Shown here one piece after another: positions 36,054 to 37,189 of a stretch of DNA of 37,189 bases (positions within the stretch are counted from its first letter, which is position 1; the number at the start of each line of letters is the position of its first letter). The notes below the pieces were generated by a model. The model was not told the DNA's origin and did not search any database. It saw only the letters and a program-made list of their open reading frames with translations. The stretch is from a virus (lineage: Duplodnaviria > Caudoviricetes). The position numbers were made by a program, and so were the translations under genes. The stretch is taken from positions 1-37,189 of the IMG/VR virus record IMGVR_UViG_3300033493_000008; one strand, 5' to 3'.

Positions 36054-36082
36054 CTGGGTAAGCATTCGACGTGCTTACCCAG
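36054..36082. other. Hairpin after the capsid gene (stability or attenuation element)
   Basis: CTGGGTAAGCA-ttcgacg-TGCTTACCCAG with no U-tract. Confidence 0.6.
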
Positions 36083-36112
36083 TCTGCAACATCACGTTAG
36101 GGACTCAATATC

Positions 36113-36586
36113 ATGGGTATGTTTAGCATTTCTGGGGTTGATATCGTCAATCCTTCGTCTGATCAGCGCTTCGCGCTCGGATCGGTCGCCCTGTCCACCG
36201 ATGGTCAGGAATGGGTGTACGTGAAGGCCGGTTCGAGCGGCATCACGGGCGCTGGCTATGTGGTTATCCTTTCGACCGCTTGGGTCGCCGATATGGTGAG
36301 CACCAGCAACGACGCTCGCGGCTGGCTGGTTGGCGTCGCCAACAGCGCTTTCACCGCGAACTATTACGGTTGGGTGCAGCGCTCCGGCTATGCCAACGTG
36401 CAGGTGCTGGCCTCGGCGGCGGCGAACGCCCGCCTCAACACCACGGCGACCGCTGGCGCGCTGGATGACGACGGCACCTCAACCACATTCCAGATTGACG
36501 GTATGGTGCTCTCGGCGGCCCGCGCGGCTTCTCAGGGCAACGCGGCGGCTGTCCTGAATTGGCCGACTGTCGGAGCGGTCATTTAA
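36113..36586 (+). CDS. Capsid decoration/cement protein
   Basis: 157 aa, A/G/S/T-rich; 'FALG...DGQEWVYVKA...YYGWVQRSG' pattern after the capsid gene. Confidence 0.7.
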   Translation: MGMFSISGVDIVNPSSDQRFALGSVALSTDGQEWVYVKAGSSGITGAGYVVILSTAWVADMVSTSNDARGWLVGVANSAFTANYYGWVQRSGYANVQVLASAAANARLNTTATAGALDDDGTSTTFQIDGMVLSAARAASQGNAAAVLNWPTVGAVI

Positions 36587-36593
36587 TCAAGCT

Positions 36594-36660
36594 GGGCGCA
36601 CCCAGTGTGCGCCCGCTGAGAGACGCCGCCCGCCCGGAGTTGGACTCGGGCGGGCGGCGT
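36594..36660. other. Two adjacent GC-rich hairpins
   Basis: GGGCGCAC-ccagt-GTGCGCCC, then ACGCCGCCCGCCC-g-GAGT-tgg-ACTC-GGGCGGGCGGCGT. Confidence 0.65.
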
Positions 36661-36688
36661 TGGTCCAACCCTCGAATGGAGTAATCCT

Positions 36689-37189
36689 ATGCAATTCCAG
36701 ACGCCTTTAGAGATTGGCCACACGGTCGACCTCACCAAGCTTTACGATGACACCGAGGGCTTCATTGATGACGGTCGCGGCAACAAGTCGTGCCACGTCA
36801 AGGGCCGCCTGGTGCACGTCGCCGATCTGGACAGAAGCGCCAGCGCCAAGTTTGGCCGTGAGTGCCTGACATGGCGACTTGCTATCGCCAGCACCATCAT
36901 GAACAGCATGATTAAAGACGTTGCCGTTCAGATTGTCAAAAGCTCCAATATTCACTCCCTCCGCTCGCGCTTTCCTGGCGCGTTTGATGAGTATGAGTCG
37001 CGCTATGGCGTCGCCGATATTCCGAAGCGGGTTGACATTGTTAACGCCGCCATCCCAGCGGAACTAATCGCCGCCTATGATGGCCCTGAATCCTACGAAG
37101 AATATATGCAAGGCGTTCGCAACAAGACGCAGATTAGCGCCATGGGCGTGGATGCGAAGCGGGCCCAGTTGCAGGCGATGCTTGACGCC
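36689..37189 (+). CDS. 5' part of the junction-spanning ~250-aa protein (MQFQTPLEIGHTVDL...)
   Basis: GGAG RBS and ATG 36689; open to the window end, in frame with 153..488. Confidence 0.8.
   Translation, partial: MQFQTPLEIGHTVDLTKLYDDTEGFIDDGRGNKSCHVKGRLVHVADLDRSASAKFGRECLTWRLAIASTIMNSMIKDVAVQIVKSSNIHSLRSRFPGAFDEYESRYGVADIPKRVDIVNAAIPAELIAAYDGPESYEEYMQGVRNKTQISAMGVDAKRAQLQAMLDA
36954..37189 (+). repeat. Terminal overlap, right copy
   Basis: Matches 1-236 with 3 substitutions. Confidence 0.97.

Larger units (their letters stand above)
1..37189. mobile_element. Complete, circularly permuted podovirus-like bacteriophage genome (~36,953 bp unit), probably infecting an alphaproteobacterium
   Basis: Terminal overlap; full set of head, packaging, tail, lysis and replication genes; mucR/ros homolog; no host housekeeping genes or integrase seen. 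Confidence 0.93.

Noticed and set aside
36954-37189. Physical direct terminal repeat or att sites
   Set aside because: The repeat lies in the middle of a gene, and no integrase or host flanks are present; circular assembly overlap explains it better
1-37189. tRNA or rRNA genes; alternative genetic code
   Set aside because: No cloverleaf with T-loop and D-loop consensus noticed in the short intergenic gaps; genes tile densely under the standard code

Overview
The window is a complete, circularly permuted genome of a tailed dsDNA phage of about 36,953 bp: bases 36954-37189 repeat bases 1-236 with 3 substitutions, and one ORF runs across the junction. The virion module is podovirus-like on the + strand: terminase, portal, scaffold, capsid, decoration, adaptor, nozzle, GNAT, ejection proteins, fibre and lysis genes. 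A minus-strand block encodes an SSB-like protein, an HTH regulator and a family-B-like DNA polymerase. A + strand block encodes an SF2 helicase, a VRR-NUC nuclease, a C5-methylase-like protein, HTH proteins and a primase-polymerase/AAA helicase, followed by a repeat-rich putative origin. A phage-borne mucR/ros gene and the XRE types point to an alphaproteobacterial, probably rhizobial, host. I found no integrase, tRNA or CRISPR array. The most notable signals are: (i) a predicted ~85-nt counter-transcribed RNA over the primase-helicase leader; (ii) an insulated mucR cassette; (iii) a palindromic GTTGGTCCAAC element that recurs at the origin and ahead of head genes; (iv) an Acb2/Tad1-like gene within the tail genes; (v) a plant-type LRR protein next to the tailspike; (vi) trains of translationally coupled membrane micropeptides. 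All family assignments come from motif recognition by eye; no database searches were run.
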